A model generated the notes under the pieces. It was not told the DNA's origin. It saw only the letters and a program-made list of their open reading frames with translations, and did not search any database. DNA of 64,000 nt from the human T2T-CHM13v2.0 reference genome, Homo sapiens. Every line of letters starts with the position of its first letter. Positions within the stretch are counted from its first letter, which is position 1. The stretch lies in NCBI RefSeq assembly GCF_009914755.1, contig NC_060942.1. One strand, 5' to 3'. The position numbers and the translations under genes are program-made. Shown one piece after another: positions 15,712-29,815 of this stretch.

Positions 15712-17975
15712 CAAGAAATTCTCTTTCCTAAGATTAGTGGGATATTTTAGACTCTGGGTTTCCTCCTTTGCTCTACTTGCCAAACCGTTATGCCAAGCCA
15801 CTAAAGGCCCTCACCATGAGCCTTCAAACCCTGCACAGCCTATTACCCAACCTTTCTGTCTACTCCAGAAGGCTCTCACCTCAATCCCTGTCCGCACTCT
15901 TCCAGACCTCACCAAACCTTTTTCCCTCTACGCTGATGGATGGCGTGGAGTTGCACTGAGTGTTCTAACCCAATCTAAGGGACCCACCCTCCAGGTTATT
16001 GCCTACCTCTCTAAACAGCTTAAAGCCACAGTTCTCAGATGGCCTGTGTGCCTCTGAGCATTGGCGGCAGCTGCTGTCCTCACCCATGAAAGCCTAAAAC
16101 AATCTCTCCATGACAACCTAATAGTTCATTCAACTGTTAACACCAAAGACATGCTAGCTCACAGCAGTGTACTAAGACTCATCTCTGCCCCATGGCTCCC
16201 CCAACTGTATACTCTATTCATAGAAGCTCCCCACATCACCATGCTAACCAGCTCCTGTCTAAACCCAGCCATGCTCTTACCTGAAGCTACAACCACCCAA
16301 GACCCTACACACTTCTATGTAAACACTGTTCAAACCTTTCTTATACCTTTTCCAAACCTGACAGACCAACCCCTTCCAGATGCCTCCTTTACTTGGATTG
16401 TAGATGGCAGCTCCTTCCTACATCAAGGATGAGGGCATGCTGGCTATGCTATAATGTCACCCCCCCCCCACATTATTGCAGCCAATCTGCTCCCCCTAGG
16501 CACCACCTCCCAAAAAGCTGAACTCATCACCCTCACTTAAGCTCTCACTCAAGCAGCCAGACAACAGATCAACATATATTCAAATTCTCATTATGTTCCA
16601 CCTAGTGCACTCACACTTGTCCATCTGGAAAGAACGGGGTTTCCTAACTGCAAAGAACCCTCCTGTCATAAATGGCTCTCTCATCAGCAAACTCCTTCAA
16701 GCTGCCAGGCTCCCACAGAAAGCTGCCATCATTCATTGCAGGGGCCACCAAACCCCAGACAATCCTATGTCAGCTGGAAATGTGCTAGTAGATCATGTAG
16801 CCAGAAAAGTAGCCCTACAACCTGTGCAAGGCCAGTTTCTGTCCCTGTCCGCCTTCTCTCCTCTTTACTCCTCAGAAGAAAAGGTGGACTTCTGAGCCCA
16901 AAACCTTCAAAAGCAAGGACCATGGTATGTCAAGGAAGGGCGCCTCATTATTCCTCACTCTCAAAGCCTTCCTCACCTCCAAAGCCTCTACAACTCTTTC
17001 CATGTCGGTTACAAACCTCTCCTGCAACTTCTCTGCCCTATCCTCACTTGTCCTCATCTTTCCAGCTGTGTTCAAGGGATTACTCAGTCCTGCTCTCTGC
17101 TACTTAGTGTCATCCCAGGGCTCCCTCTGGCTGCTGCCTTTTCCTACCCACCAAGCCCGGGGCCAGGTACCCCTGCAAGATTGGCAAGTAGACTTCACTC
17201 ACATGCCACCTGATAAACGGCTCCGCTGTCTTCTAGTCTTGGTCTGTACTTTCTCCGGGTAGGTAGAAGCGTTCCCAAGAACTTCAGAAGGTGCAAATGT
17301 CATCACACAAACTCTCATCGTGCATATAATTCCCTGTTTCAGACTCCCAACATCCATCCAGTCCAATAATGGGCCTGTCTTCATCAGCCAAATTACCCAA
17401 GATGTCTCTACATCCTCAGGTATAAAATGGGTTCTCCACACACCCTACAAGCCTCAATCTTCAGGCAAAGTTAAAAAAATTAACTCTGTCCTTAAAGCCC
17501 AACTCACCAAGGTGGCTTTAAAAATCTGCCAGTTGTGGACAAAAAAATCTCCCTTTTGCCCTCATGAGACTCCGCACAACACCAAAAGCACCCTCTTTTT
17601 ATAGTCCCTTTAAAATCATGTACGACTGAACTTTTGTCTTAGGACCTCCATCTTTACCAGACTCTAAACCACTCAAGAATTACCGCCCCTCCTTAATCCA
17701 GACATGGTCTTTCATTCGTGAAGCAGCAGATAAGGCCATGCCTCTCCCTGTTAACACCTCCTTGTCCTCTCAACATAACTGCCTTGCAGGCACAGACGTG
17801 TTTATCTGCCAACCCAACCCTCACCCAAAAGCTACAACCAATGTGGACAGGCCCCTCCACTGTGATATTCAGCATGCCAACTGCAGTGAAAATCCAAGGA
17901 CTCCCCCACTGGGTCCATCACACCAGGGTCAAGCTCACCCCCAAGACTACTCCTTCCTCCAAAACACTAACAGTG
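15712..17975 (+). pseudogene. pol: ERV pol 3' part (RT connection, RNase H, integrase)
   Basis: LVGYFRLW resumes right after the TSD; [56 protein letters not shown]. Confidence 0.9.
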
Positions 17976-18674
17976 GGCAACACCCTCAGAGTCCCTGTAT
18001 GTAATAACCTAAACAAAGAAAAACCATCCTTAAAGCTAAGAGGAAGCCAAAGATGGCAAGGGGATGAATGGCCTCCGCAATGGATCATCGAATATTACGG
18101 TCCTGCCACTTGGGCTGAGGATGGTTTATGGGGTTATCGCACGCCTATATATGCTAAATAGAATAATTAGACTACAGGCAGTTCTAGGGATAATCACTAA
18201 CCAAATCGCCTCAGCCCTGGAAATGCTCTTGCAACAACAAAACCAAATGCGCTCAGCAATTTATCAAAACAGGCTAGCACTAGACTACTTATTAGCAGAA
18301 GGGGGTGGAGTCTGTGGTAAACTTAATATCTCTAATTGCTGTCTTAACATAGACAATAACGGAAAAGCAGTTCTAAAAATTGCTTCAAACATCAGAAAAG
18401 TAGCCCATGTACAGTCCAAACCTAAAAGGGATGGGACCCAACAAACCTTCTAGGAGGATGGCTCTCTAATTTAGGAGGATTTAAAACCCTGGTAGGGACA
18501 GTAATCTTCATCACTGGGGTTCTCCTGTTTCTCCCCTGTGTTATCCCACTGATAATAAAAGCCATTAAAACTCTTGTTAAAACTACAGTTAACCACCAGA
18601 CAATCCAAACGATGCTCCTGCTACAATGACATGATGGATACCAACCCGTCTCTCAAGAATACACCAAAAATTAA
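17976..18674 (+). pseudogene. env: ERV env remnant: SU almost entirely missing, TM present (frameshifted)
   Basis: [28 protein letters not shown]|[35 protein letters not shown]7C-type CGKLNISNCC, hydrophobic anchor ~18490-18555, TAA 18672. Confidence 0.88.
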
Positions 18675-18777
18675 GTTTTTCTTTTTCCAAGGTGCCCAGA
18701 TCACCTCTATGTCACGCCTGAAGTAGTTATTGAGAAAGTTCTCCCTTTTCCCTTTTCTATAACCAAATAGACAGGAA

Positions 18778-19164
18778 TGTAAGATTCTCCCAGGGGCCTG
18801 AAAGCTTAAAGAGATGAATAACTCCTCCCTTCTCAGGCCCAGTCCCAGGGTGCAAGGCCACTTGTGTCAGCAGCGTGCACCAGCAAGATAGTAGAAGCAG
18901 GAAGACAGCCGGCCAGGAAACACGTACCCCTGAAGATCAAGAAAAAGGCCATTTGGGTACAACATAGCAGTTAGGTCAGACTAGGACACTTCCTGTTTAC
19001 AGGAGACTATAAAACCTTTGTCTTGTCCTCACTGGGGGCTGATGCCATTTTAGGCCTCAGCCCACCTGCACCCAGGCACTCATTAAAACAGCACGTTGCT
19101 CCATAGCACCTCCTGTTGTCTGTTGGCGCGCTCTCGGGGTTCGAACTGGTACAAGAACCTCACA
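18778..19164 (+). promoter_or_regulatory. Proviral 3' LTR (MER48-like)
   Basis: TGTAAGATTC...GAACCTCACA, colinear with the 5' LTR; purine-rich AAATAGACAGGAA (PPT-like) just upstream. Confidence 0.9.
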
Positions 19165-19964
19165 CTCACTTCTTTGCAGACAGCCCTTTCTCTTCTGTGC
19201 TACCCATTGCACCCTTGCAACAGATCTTTGTAGTTTCTCGAATAAATCTGCCTTTCTTTACCTACAACTGTTCTGGTAAATTCCCTTACTGCCTGCGAAG
19301 TAAGTCACACCATGACACTTAATTTCCTTTTCCATGAATCTCTGGGTACTGAGATGAAACCGGTCATAGAAACTTTAACAAAACATCAGTTATAATTCAG
19401 ATGAAGAGCCCCAACTTATGCCTCATCTAATCCATTGTCTTGATCTCCATGAACTAGACAGGGTTGTCTCATTCCCGTTTGCCCCATGAAGCCAGCAAAT
19501 GCGGGGACCAGAGCTCGCCCAGAAAATTGGGTGGAAGAGGAAAGCTGTGGATATTTAGTAAGTGCTTGAGGCTGAGGGATACTCCTAAGATGCCTGGAAT
19601 CACAGTTTGCAAGATGACTTGATACATTTTAGAGAAGCAGGTAGGGGAGTGGGTCCAATCATCCCAAAAGGGAGAGGACTCCAGGAGGAAGAGAGGAAGG
19701 GAAAGAGTCTCAAGTCATGCAGGGGACTGTGTCTGGACAGGTTGGCACATCTTCTGAACACTTTGGTAATGAACAATTCCACTCCTCATTGTGGGAGGGG
19801 CGGGTAGAGTAGTATCTGGAACAGAGAGGGGATAAGCAGGTTCCACAGGCTTTTGGCAAGCTTCAAAGGGCCACGTGTTGGGCAGTGAGGAGGAGCTCCC
19901 TGCAGGCAACCATCATCAGAAAAACAGTGAAGTCAATCTAGCAACTCCCCTCCCCAAAGAGAGA

Positions 19965-20120
19965 ACTAGTTAGGGCATCAAATCATTTGGAAGGCCTGTT
20001 AAAGCACAGATTACTGCCTCTCACCCCCTAGAGTGTCTGATTTATAAGTCTGGACAGGGCCAGGGACTTTGCATTTCTAACCAGCTCCTAGTGAAGTCCA
20101 TGCTGCTGGTTTGAGACAGC
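19965..20120. mobile_element. MER5-family MITE fragment
   Basis: 'catcaaatcatttggaaggcctgttaaagcacagatt...tttgcatttctaaccagctcc'. Confidence 0.55.
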
Positions 20121-21359
20121 TGAGATGGAGATGCCCCTGTGGGATAGTAACAAGGGGTCAGCCATTAGGAATGCACTTTGGACAAAGCTGCTCTTGGCCA
20201 TTCTTGCTTCTGTGTCCTTGCCCAGAAGGGAGACTCTCTGCCACCAGCCAGGCCTCCTACTCCTTATTCCAAGGCTGTTGTGACCTCTCTAACCCCAGGT
20301 GTCTCCAGGTCATTTTGTGCATCTGGAGTCTTAACTGCAAAAAAATCTGCTTTCTTTCAAGGGAAATCCTTCCATTCCCTAAGAAGCAGAAGAGGAATCC
20401 CATCAGCAGGACTCAGCGTCATAGCTCCACAAAGTCCTTGTCCCTCCTGAGAGCCACTGCATCACTGCCTGTTGCTGGCTTAGGGGAGTTCCCCTGACAA
20501 TGCTGTCTTCTCTGTGGGTTTCAGTGGTTCAGGAACTAGTACCTCTTTCCAAGAGGAATTTTTGTTTGAACATAGTGAATGTCACTAAACCCCCAAGTCC
20601 ATTTCATAGGCCTGCCTCAGAAGTTCAGAGGGATTATGCAAATGAGGCCCCAAGGCTTGCCTCCAGCACATGGGGGTTCCCCCAGGCAAGTATGCAAACG
20701 AGGCCCATATAGTGACCCCCAGCTCACAAAAATGAAGTTTCAAGTTACTTGCTTTATTCTGCATTGCTTTTCTCTGCCTCCTTTCTTACCTCAGTCTCCT
20801 CACCTGGGAAAGATGCATGTTTGGTTTATACACTATAATAATGCTCACTGAGGCAGCTTGCTAGTTAAGAATTATGTTGCATTAAGGTTTCCTACACTGT
20901 ATTGTACTCAAAAAAACATATGTCAGTGGGGTTTGAGAGCAGACAGGAGGGCTGAAGGAGATAGCCTCAAATGGGAAAGGCAGAATGGTAAATCTGCACC
21001 TCCACTCCTCATAGAATTCCTAATTTGTAGTTCAGTATACTCTACCTTTCAGATTTAATTTAATGCAGACAACCTGAAATGAAGATAAAGAGAGAAACAA
21101 CTGAAGGGAGTATCCTTTACCTTTTCCAATGTGGAATTGATGACTTATACCAGTGTCCCATAAGCCTCCAAATGTTTAGCAATAGGAGGGAAGGAGGTGG
21201 GTGGTGTCAGGCTGATTTACATATTGTCTATTGTTCAAGTGCTACATGAGGAGGAGCAGGCGTTTGCTTTCGGTGGTATTCTTGGTCCTTTCTACATACA
21301 GGGAAATACAGTGATACATATAAAGGGTATACATCTATTCATAGGGCACTCTTTAAGGT

Positions 21360-21500
21360 AATTTGCATACAAATCCCATGCAATCTTTACAATATCAGCA
21401 AGGGAGGTACTATTAGCTCTATTTTCCAGCAGAAAAAGCCGAGGTTTAGAGAGGTTGGGGAACAGGTGTAAGCTGCAGAACTGGAACTTGAGGTCTCATA
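21360..21500 (-). mobile_element. MIR fragment
   Basis: 'aggtactattagctctattttccagcagaaaaagccgaggtttagagaggtt'. Confidence 0.5.
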
Positions 21501-22362
21501 GTCTTCAGGCCCTTTGCTGCTGCCCCTGTGCTAAGTGCAAATATGTTTCCAGGTCCCTTAATCTCTTTTCATCCTCCTAGCTGACTCTAGGTTCTTTGCT
21601 GCCCTGGCCTCTCCCAGAATTCCCCAAATCCTCTTTTCCCACTCACTGCCTAGTTCTTTTCCTCTCTTGGGGTTACTCTTATAAATTGGAAATTTAGGCT
21701 GCTTGTACCTGCTGTGTAAGGGATGACTCATATTACAGGGGATGTGTATTAGCATAAAAATGATCTGTGGAATAAGGTTTTAAGAGTCGATAGGAAAGGA
21801 ATTCACATCACAGAAGCATCGTGAGCCAAGAAACTTGTCCTCCTCCAAGAGAAGAGAGAGGATTAAAAGTTGAAACTAATGCAGAAAAATTTCTTGGCAA
21901 ATGTGGAGAAAGAAGTAGGGAGAGTTCATACCAAAGTTTCCTTATGACTCAAATCAGCCCCTTGAAAACTTGGGGGTAGTAGTGGCTTCTACTTGGGTAA
22001 TCAGAGGTGCTGTTTCTGGTGGCATCTCCTTTTAGGCCTCATTTTATTTGAATATCTGTCTTTAGCCTTCACTAACGTTTTGAGCAAGCCAAGCTTTTGA
22101 GGGCTCTTTGCCATACTTCCTGGAAGGGAGGCCCTGGCTGAGATTTCAGAATTCTGCTATTTACTGAACTGAGTATTAACACCCACTGAAGGGAGAGGTC
22201 CATTCAGTTTCCTAAGGGAATCTATAAAGAGACTTAGAAAATTTTTCTTTAAAAAGATCACGATGATGTATAAGCTAACCAGACACTAGGAAAAGAGGCA
22301 GTATATCCAGGGGATTAATTACTTGTCTAAGAACCAACTTAAAAAAAAAAATCAATCTTCTT

Positions 22363-22648
22363 GCCAGGTGCGATGGCTCATGCCTGTAATCCCAGCATTT
22401 TGGGAGGCCAAGGTGGGTGGATGGCATGAGCCCAGCAGTTTGAGATCAGCCTGAGCAGCATGGCAAAACCCCATCTCTACTAAAAAATACAAAAATTAGC
22501 TGGGCATGGTGGTGCATGCCTGTAGTCCTAGCTACTTGGGGGATTGAGGCAGGAGGACCATCTAAGCCCAGGAGGTTGAGGCTGCAGTGAGCTGTGATCA
22601 TGCCATTCCCATATGGGCAACAGAGCAAGATCTTGTCTCAAAAAAAAA
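22363..22648 (+). mobile_element. AluJ
   Basis: J-type 'gagcccagcagtttgag', 'aagcccaggaggttgaggctgcagtgagctgtgatc'; short A tail. Confidence 0.88.
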
Positions 22649-22845
22649 TTAATTGTTTTGAATTAAAAAAATTCTAAAATGCATTGAACTCTCCAGTTTC
22701 TCTTGGAAGGAGGGAACTAAACATAAATGGATCTTTTCTTGGTCTAGCTGTGGGCCCAAATTTTCCTATATTCATTATTCATTAACAATCAGACTGAGCT
22801 GTGATAGGAGGAGTCTCAGGGGTATTAATGTTTCAGGGCTACTCA

Positions 22846-23579
22846 TGTAATCACCCAACAGATATTCCTTGCCTGTTGCCTAAACTGAGCCAATTTATCA
22901 AGACAGGGGAATTGCAATAGAGAAAGAGTTTAATTCATGCAGAACCAGCTGTATGGGAGACTAGAGTTTTATTATTACTCAAATTGGTCTCCCCACAAAC
23001 TCAGGGATTGGGATTTTTAAGGATAATTTGTTGGGTAGGGCAGTCAGAAAGTGGGGAGTGCTGATTGGTCAGGTTGGAGATAAAATCACAGGGAGTCGAA
23101 GCTGTCCTCTTGCAGTGAGTCAGTTCCTGGGTGGGAGCCATAAAACTACATGAGCCAGTTTATTGATCTGGGTGATGCCAGCTGATCCATCAAGTTCAGG
23201 ATCTGCAAAATATCCGAAGCACTGATCTTAGGTTTTACAATAGTGATATTATCCTGAGGAGCAGTTCGGGAGGTTCAGAATCTGGCAGCCTCCAGCTGCA
23301 TGACTCTTGAACCATAATTTCTAATCTTGTAGCTAATTTGTTAGTCTTGCAGATGCAGTCTAGTCCCCGGGCAGAAAGGGGGTTTGTTTTGGGAAAGGGC
23401 AGTTATCATCTTTATTTCAAAGTTAAACTATAAACTAGGTTCCTCCCAAAGTTGGTTTGTCCTATGCCCAGGAATGAACAAAGACAGCTTGGAGGTTAGA
23501 AGCAAGATGTAGTCGGTTAGGTCAGATCTCTGTCACTGTAATAATTGTCTCAGTTATAATTTTTGCTAAGGTGGTTTCA
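22846..23579 (-). mobile_element. Solo ERV1 LTR (LTR8A-like)
   Basis: Minus strand TGAAACCACCTTAGCAAAAATTATAACTGAG...GATTACA; 734 bp; TSD CTCA (22842-22845 / 23580-23583). Confidence 0.8.
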
Positions 23580-24509
23580 CTCAGTCTTCCATTAAATGGC
23601 ACAAGGCTATGAAGTATTAGTTGGCTATTGTGTCAGCTATTTAAATTTTTTGGCTCTTTCTGTTGATATGCTCTATATAGTGTGTAATATATATGTACAT
23701 AGATAAATCAATAGTAATACATGTTGCTATGAACTTTAATGACAGATTATTATTATACTAAGTATTATCTTTCTCAAAATTGGTCATGAGCTTTATTATC
23801 TCTCCTGTCTTTTAGCAGATACAACCATAGATACAACCGGAAAGATTGTTTATAGACTATGATTGGTGACTGCATAACTTTTAATTCCTCTTCTTTTGGT
23901 ACCAAAAAGTGGAGGTCACCATTTTCTTCAAATAACACTATGGCTCCATGCCAGTAATTGATTTTGTAATCAGTACTTCTAGTATCACTTTAAATGAATG
24001 TTCCTACATAGAGATTTAATTGGAATTTAATAAGAGTGCATAATAAGTAAAAGCATATTTACTGAGGATTAACCGCCAAGGAGATATAAATCTATTATGT
24101 ATAAACCCTGATAAATATTTTTAGAATATTAAATTATATGTAAACATTGTGTATCACTGTAAGTAAATCCAGATCTTTAGCTATATTTGCTATTCTCTTT
24201 TCTAAGTAAACATAGCTGTTTATTATAACTAAACTCCATCTTAATCTTATTAACTGATTCAGTACAGTTTAGGGTTGGGAAGGAAAAATCCTCACCCTTA
24301 ATGTAAAGCAGACTTTCTCAGTCAGTAAGCCTAGGATGGGACCTGAGAATCCACATTTCTAACTAGTTTCTGGGTGATGTGGCTGGTCTGGGAACCATAC
24401 TTGGAGAAGCACTGAAGTCAAGCTTTATCTTGTTTTAAGATTAAAGATAGATTTTTCACTTTCTCTGCTCTAACTTAATGTCTGGTCTTAGCTAAAATCT
24501 TCACTCATA

Positions 24510-24950
24510 GGTTGAATACGGCCACACATTTTTTGGTCACTGTCCCCATTGAGAGGCATGGGTTATTTCTCCTACCCTTCAATCTAGACTAGTTCTGTGA
24601 TTGCTTAATCAATACAATGCAGAGGAAGTGATGCTTTAGCAGGACCAGCAACTTCTGCCTCCTCCCTCTTGGGCCCAGCTGCCAAACTGTGGGTAAGCCC
24701 AAGCAGAAAGGTCCACATGGAGGAGAACTGAGGCCACTGGCCAATAGCCTCATTGAGCTCCTGGGCAACGAGGACCAACTTGCCAGCCATGTGAGTGAGC
24801 TGCCCTGGAAGCTGAGCTGTACCAGTTTATACAACACAGAGCAGAGACAAGCCATCCCTGCTGAGCCCTGCCCAAAATTGCAACCAGAATAAATAACATT
24901 ACTGTTGCTTTATACTGTTTTGGGATGGTTTATTTTACCAAGATAACAAA
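24510..24950 (+). mobile_element. MLT1E/F/G-like MaLR LTR
   Basis: 'atgcagaggaagtgatgc', 'ccacatggaggagaactgaggcc', 'gagccctgcccaaaattgca', 'aataaat...ttgcttt'. Confidence 0.6.
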
Positions 24951-25481
24951 AATTTACCTGTCTCTAAGCTTTCCAAGATAAGTCAAGCATAGATTTTGAA
25001 TTCTCAGAGTTTGTGTTATAACATCAAAAGAAAAATGTTAACAAGTGACATTTTATGAATGGGCAGAGGTTTATTTCAGAATTTGGCTTTTCAATGGCTT
25101 TATTCCCCACAGGCAGAATTTGACTTTATGTGGGGCAAAATAAGTAACTGTCAACAAAGGCATCATTTCAGGGTGTTGGGAAAGTCTTCTTCATTCCTTA
25201 ACATATGATCTCATAGGGTCACTGATGCCCCTATTTCAATAATTATAACTTAATTCTTTTGCTTTGCATAAATGAGACTTTGTTAGTAAAATGCAAAGAA
25301 CAATAATGATTTAAAACCTTAATGTTTAGTAGCCATTTACCACTTACTGTCATGCCACACTTGTTCTTCCCTAAGAGTAGTCACATCTGGTTTCTTCACA
25401 GTGGGCAGGTGTGACCTCTCATAACCACAATCAGGAACCTTATGTGTATTGTGCAGGAATTCCGCTCTTTTAAGTATAGAC

Positions 25482-25633
25482 CTTGTTAGAAATGCAAATT
25501 CTCAGGTCTCACTTCAAACTTATTGAATCAGAAACTCTGGAGGTGAGACCCACCAGCAGCCTGTGTTTTAACAGTTCCTCCCACTGATTCTGATGCATGC
25601 TAAAGTTTGAGAACCACTGATGCAGGGTCAACA
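25482..25633 (+). repeat. 5'-truncated MER5A plus flank, a local copy of 26687-26838
   Basis: Shares non-consensus bases and post-TIR flank with the complete MER5A 1.2 kb downstream. Confidence 0.75.
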
Positions 25634-25829
25634 GCTCTTTTAGTATCAATTTCATTGGAAGAAGCAATGAAGTTGAAAACACATTTACTCATGGAATCAA
25701 AGCCATACTTGGAAAATTTATGCTACTGATCAAAAGCTGATACAACTTTTAAAATGCTTGCCCATTAACAGCATACTTAGCAATTATCATTTATGTCAGC
25801 ATAGAATTTATTTGGTGTTTAAAATTTGA

Positions 25830-26254
<425 letters not shown>

Positions 26255-26632
26255 AGCAGTATTCTTATAATAAGGGATGTTTAACACAGTTCAACAACTT
26301 ATTGCCCAGAATACCTATTGTCTGCAAAATAGTCTGCTGTGCAATGCCGGGTTTGAAAGATCTCAGTGAAGTTTAGTTGGAGTAATAAAAACAGAATAAA
26401 AATCACTTCAGTCCTAGGTGGACTATCAGTAGTGTCAGAAAAGATGTACAGAATATTTCAGAGATTTTCAAAGTAAAAACTGCAAAAAACTAGTTAGAGA
26501 GACAAAGAAGCTTTCTTAAGGTATTCAATGCAACAATAAAAACAAGATTCCCTTACAGTAGTATAGCAATTTATACCTTATAAAACAGCTTTGCCCATGT
26601 GCTATCTTATTTCACTCTTGCATTATGTAGGG

Positions 26633-26824
26633 CAGGGATTCTCAAAGTTTGTTCCCCAGACCAGCAGCATCAGTATCTCCCGGGAGCTTGTTAGAAATGC
26701 AGATTCTCAGGTCTCACTTCAGATTTACTGAATCAGAAACTCAGCGGGGTGAGACCCACCAGAAATCTTTGTTTTAGCAGATCCTCCCCTGATTCTGATG
26801 CATGCTAAAGTTTGAGAACCGCTG
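26633..26824 (+). mobile_element. Complete MER5A MITE
   Basis: CAGGGATTCTCAAAG...TTTGAGAACCGCTG TIRs; 8-bp hAT TSD ATGTAGGG/ATGTAGGA. Confidence 0.85.
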
Positions 26825-27999
26825 ATGTAGGATAAACAATGTATTAATACTTTTGATTTCACATATGATAAAAGGAATTATTTAAGTTGGATCTTATCAC
26901 GTTTCTAAAACTACACCAGGAAACCAAATTCCAAATTCACATTATTGTAGCTTCAATATGTAATTTTCTTTTGAATTGCATCTTGAAGAATGGGTAGGAT
27001 TTTCACAGGTAAAGAAGATTGAGTATTAGAGGGCGTGGAGGAGGCTGGAGTTATTTCAACTAGGTGAAAAATTATCTTTGAGATTTCAAAAGATAGATTT
27101 GGGGAAACAGGCTTTTAGGCTCTTTTCCCCCATGAAATATGTCCTAGGATGTTTATTTTGCTTGTCTGTATTTCTTGTTGAATATATGCAGAGATAACTC
27201 TTGGCAGTGCATTTGGGTTGAAATGTTTGGGCCTTTACAAGCCTTATGCTTCCTTTTCTTGCTATGCTACTTTAAGAATAAATCTTAAGAATCAGAGACT
27301 AATCCTATTTATTCCTTTAATTCAAAGGATGACATTTTTCAAATTTGTAAGTGATTTATAATACAGGATCCTAAGCTCATCAAATGCAGGGATTTCATGC
27401 CTTTGGTCTTCAACTAGCGGAAATCAGAGATAAATTTGGGCCAGTTCCAACAGATTGAGACAGGGACCTCTAACACTCATTGGTGACAGCCTGCTATTTC
27501 TTACTGCATCGAGAGGACTGAGGCTCTTCTGGGACGTTTTGATGATCAATAACTTGGACAAAGATTCTTTAAGGCAGAGCCTTAAAAAAAGAAATTAGTT
27601 CCTGGTCATTTTACTGTAACACTGTTGATATGGGATAAATGTGGCCTGATTTAAGTTTCCAGTTGACTACTGCATATTGATTTTGACATTTATCAACCAT
27701 TTTAATAACTTTTTAAAAATCTTTTAAAATTTTATTTCCTTTTTACATACAGTAAAATGAATTCTTTATGGGGTACTGTTCTATGTGTTTGACAAACACA
27801 TATAGTTCTACAATTACCTTCATAATCCAGATAAAGGGCAATTCTATCCCCTCGAAATATTCCCTCACATTTGCTCCTTTGTAGTTAACCCTTTGGGCTC
27901 TCCCCAGCCCCTGGGAACCAGAGTCTGTTTTCTGTTCCTATAATTTTGCATATTCTAGATGACTTTATAAGTGGAATCATATAGAAAGTAGACTTTTGA

Positions 28000-28388
<389 letters not shown>

Positions 28389-28891
28389 AGCTGGTTTATC
28401 TATTTATGAATTGTTGGACATTTGGTTGCTTCCATTTTTGACAATTATAAATAAAGTTGCTATAAGCATTTGTGTATACTTTTTGTGGGAATATAAATTT
28501 TCATGATTCTTAGGTAAATACCTGGGAGTGATGTTACTGGGTCATATGGTAAGTATATGCTTAACTTTATAAAAGACTTTCAATTTCCCAATGTGGCAGG
28601 ACTATTTTACATTCCCACCAGAAATGGAGGAGAATTTCTGATGCTCCACATTTTTGCCATTATTTGGTGTTATCTGTAAAGCTTTAGAAAGTTTAGCTAT
28701 TCAAATAAAGGAATGGTGGTGTCTCATTGTGGTTTTAATTTGGATGTCTTTAGTTACTAATGATATTGAGCATTTTTTCGTGTACTTATTTGCCATTTGT
28801 ATATCTTCTTTGGTGAACAGTCTATTCAAATCCTTTGCACAATTTTAATTGGGCTTTTTTTTGTCATTGGGTTTTGAGGATTCTTTATATA

Positions 28892-29267
28892 TGATACTGT
28901 TAAGCTTTGTGTCCCCACAGAAATCTCATCTTGAATTCTCATCCCCAGGTGTTGAGGGAAAGACCTGCTGGGAGGTGACTGGATCATGGGGGTGGTTTCC
29001 CCCATGCCATTCTTGTGATAGTGAGGGAGTTTTCATGAGATTTATGATGGTTTTATAAATGGCAGTTTCCCCGGGCTTTTCACTCGCTCTCTCTCTCTCT
29101 CCTGCTGCCATGTAGGAAGGTCCAAGCTTGCTTCCCCTTCGGTCATGCTTATAAGTTTTCTGAGGCCTCCCCAGCCATGCAGAACTGTGAGTCAATTAAA
29201 CCTCTTCCTTTATAAATTACCCAGTCTTGGGCATTTCTTTATAGCACTCTGAAAACAGACTAGTACA
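28892..29267 (+). mobile_element. THE1 (THE1D-like) MaLR solo LTR
   Basis: TGATA...'gaggcctccccagccatgcagaactgtgagtcaattaaacctc'...ACTAGTACA; TSD ATATA. Confidence 0.85.
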
Positions 29268-29477
29268 ATATATTCTCCATAAATCATATTTAGTGATCTG
29301 TTTTGTAAATAATTTTAGTAAATGTTTGGAGACTTAACACATTCCCCTCTCCTTTGTTCTGTGATATAATAAAAACCTCACAGTCTTGTCCTAAGTTGCT
29401 GAACTGTTACATCACTTGGCCGACATCTGCATCATGACATGATTTCCAATAAGCCAGCTCTCTCCTTGTGATTTCTT

Positions 29478-29815
<338 letters not shown>

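Noticed and set aside
17976-18674. Functional env or suppressyn (ERVH48-1) gene
   Set aside because: Signal peptide and SU are missing and TM is frameshifted with stops.
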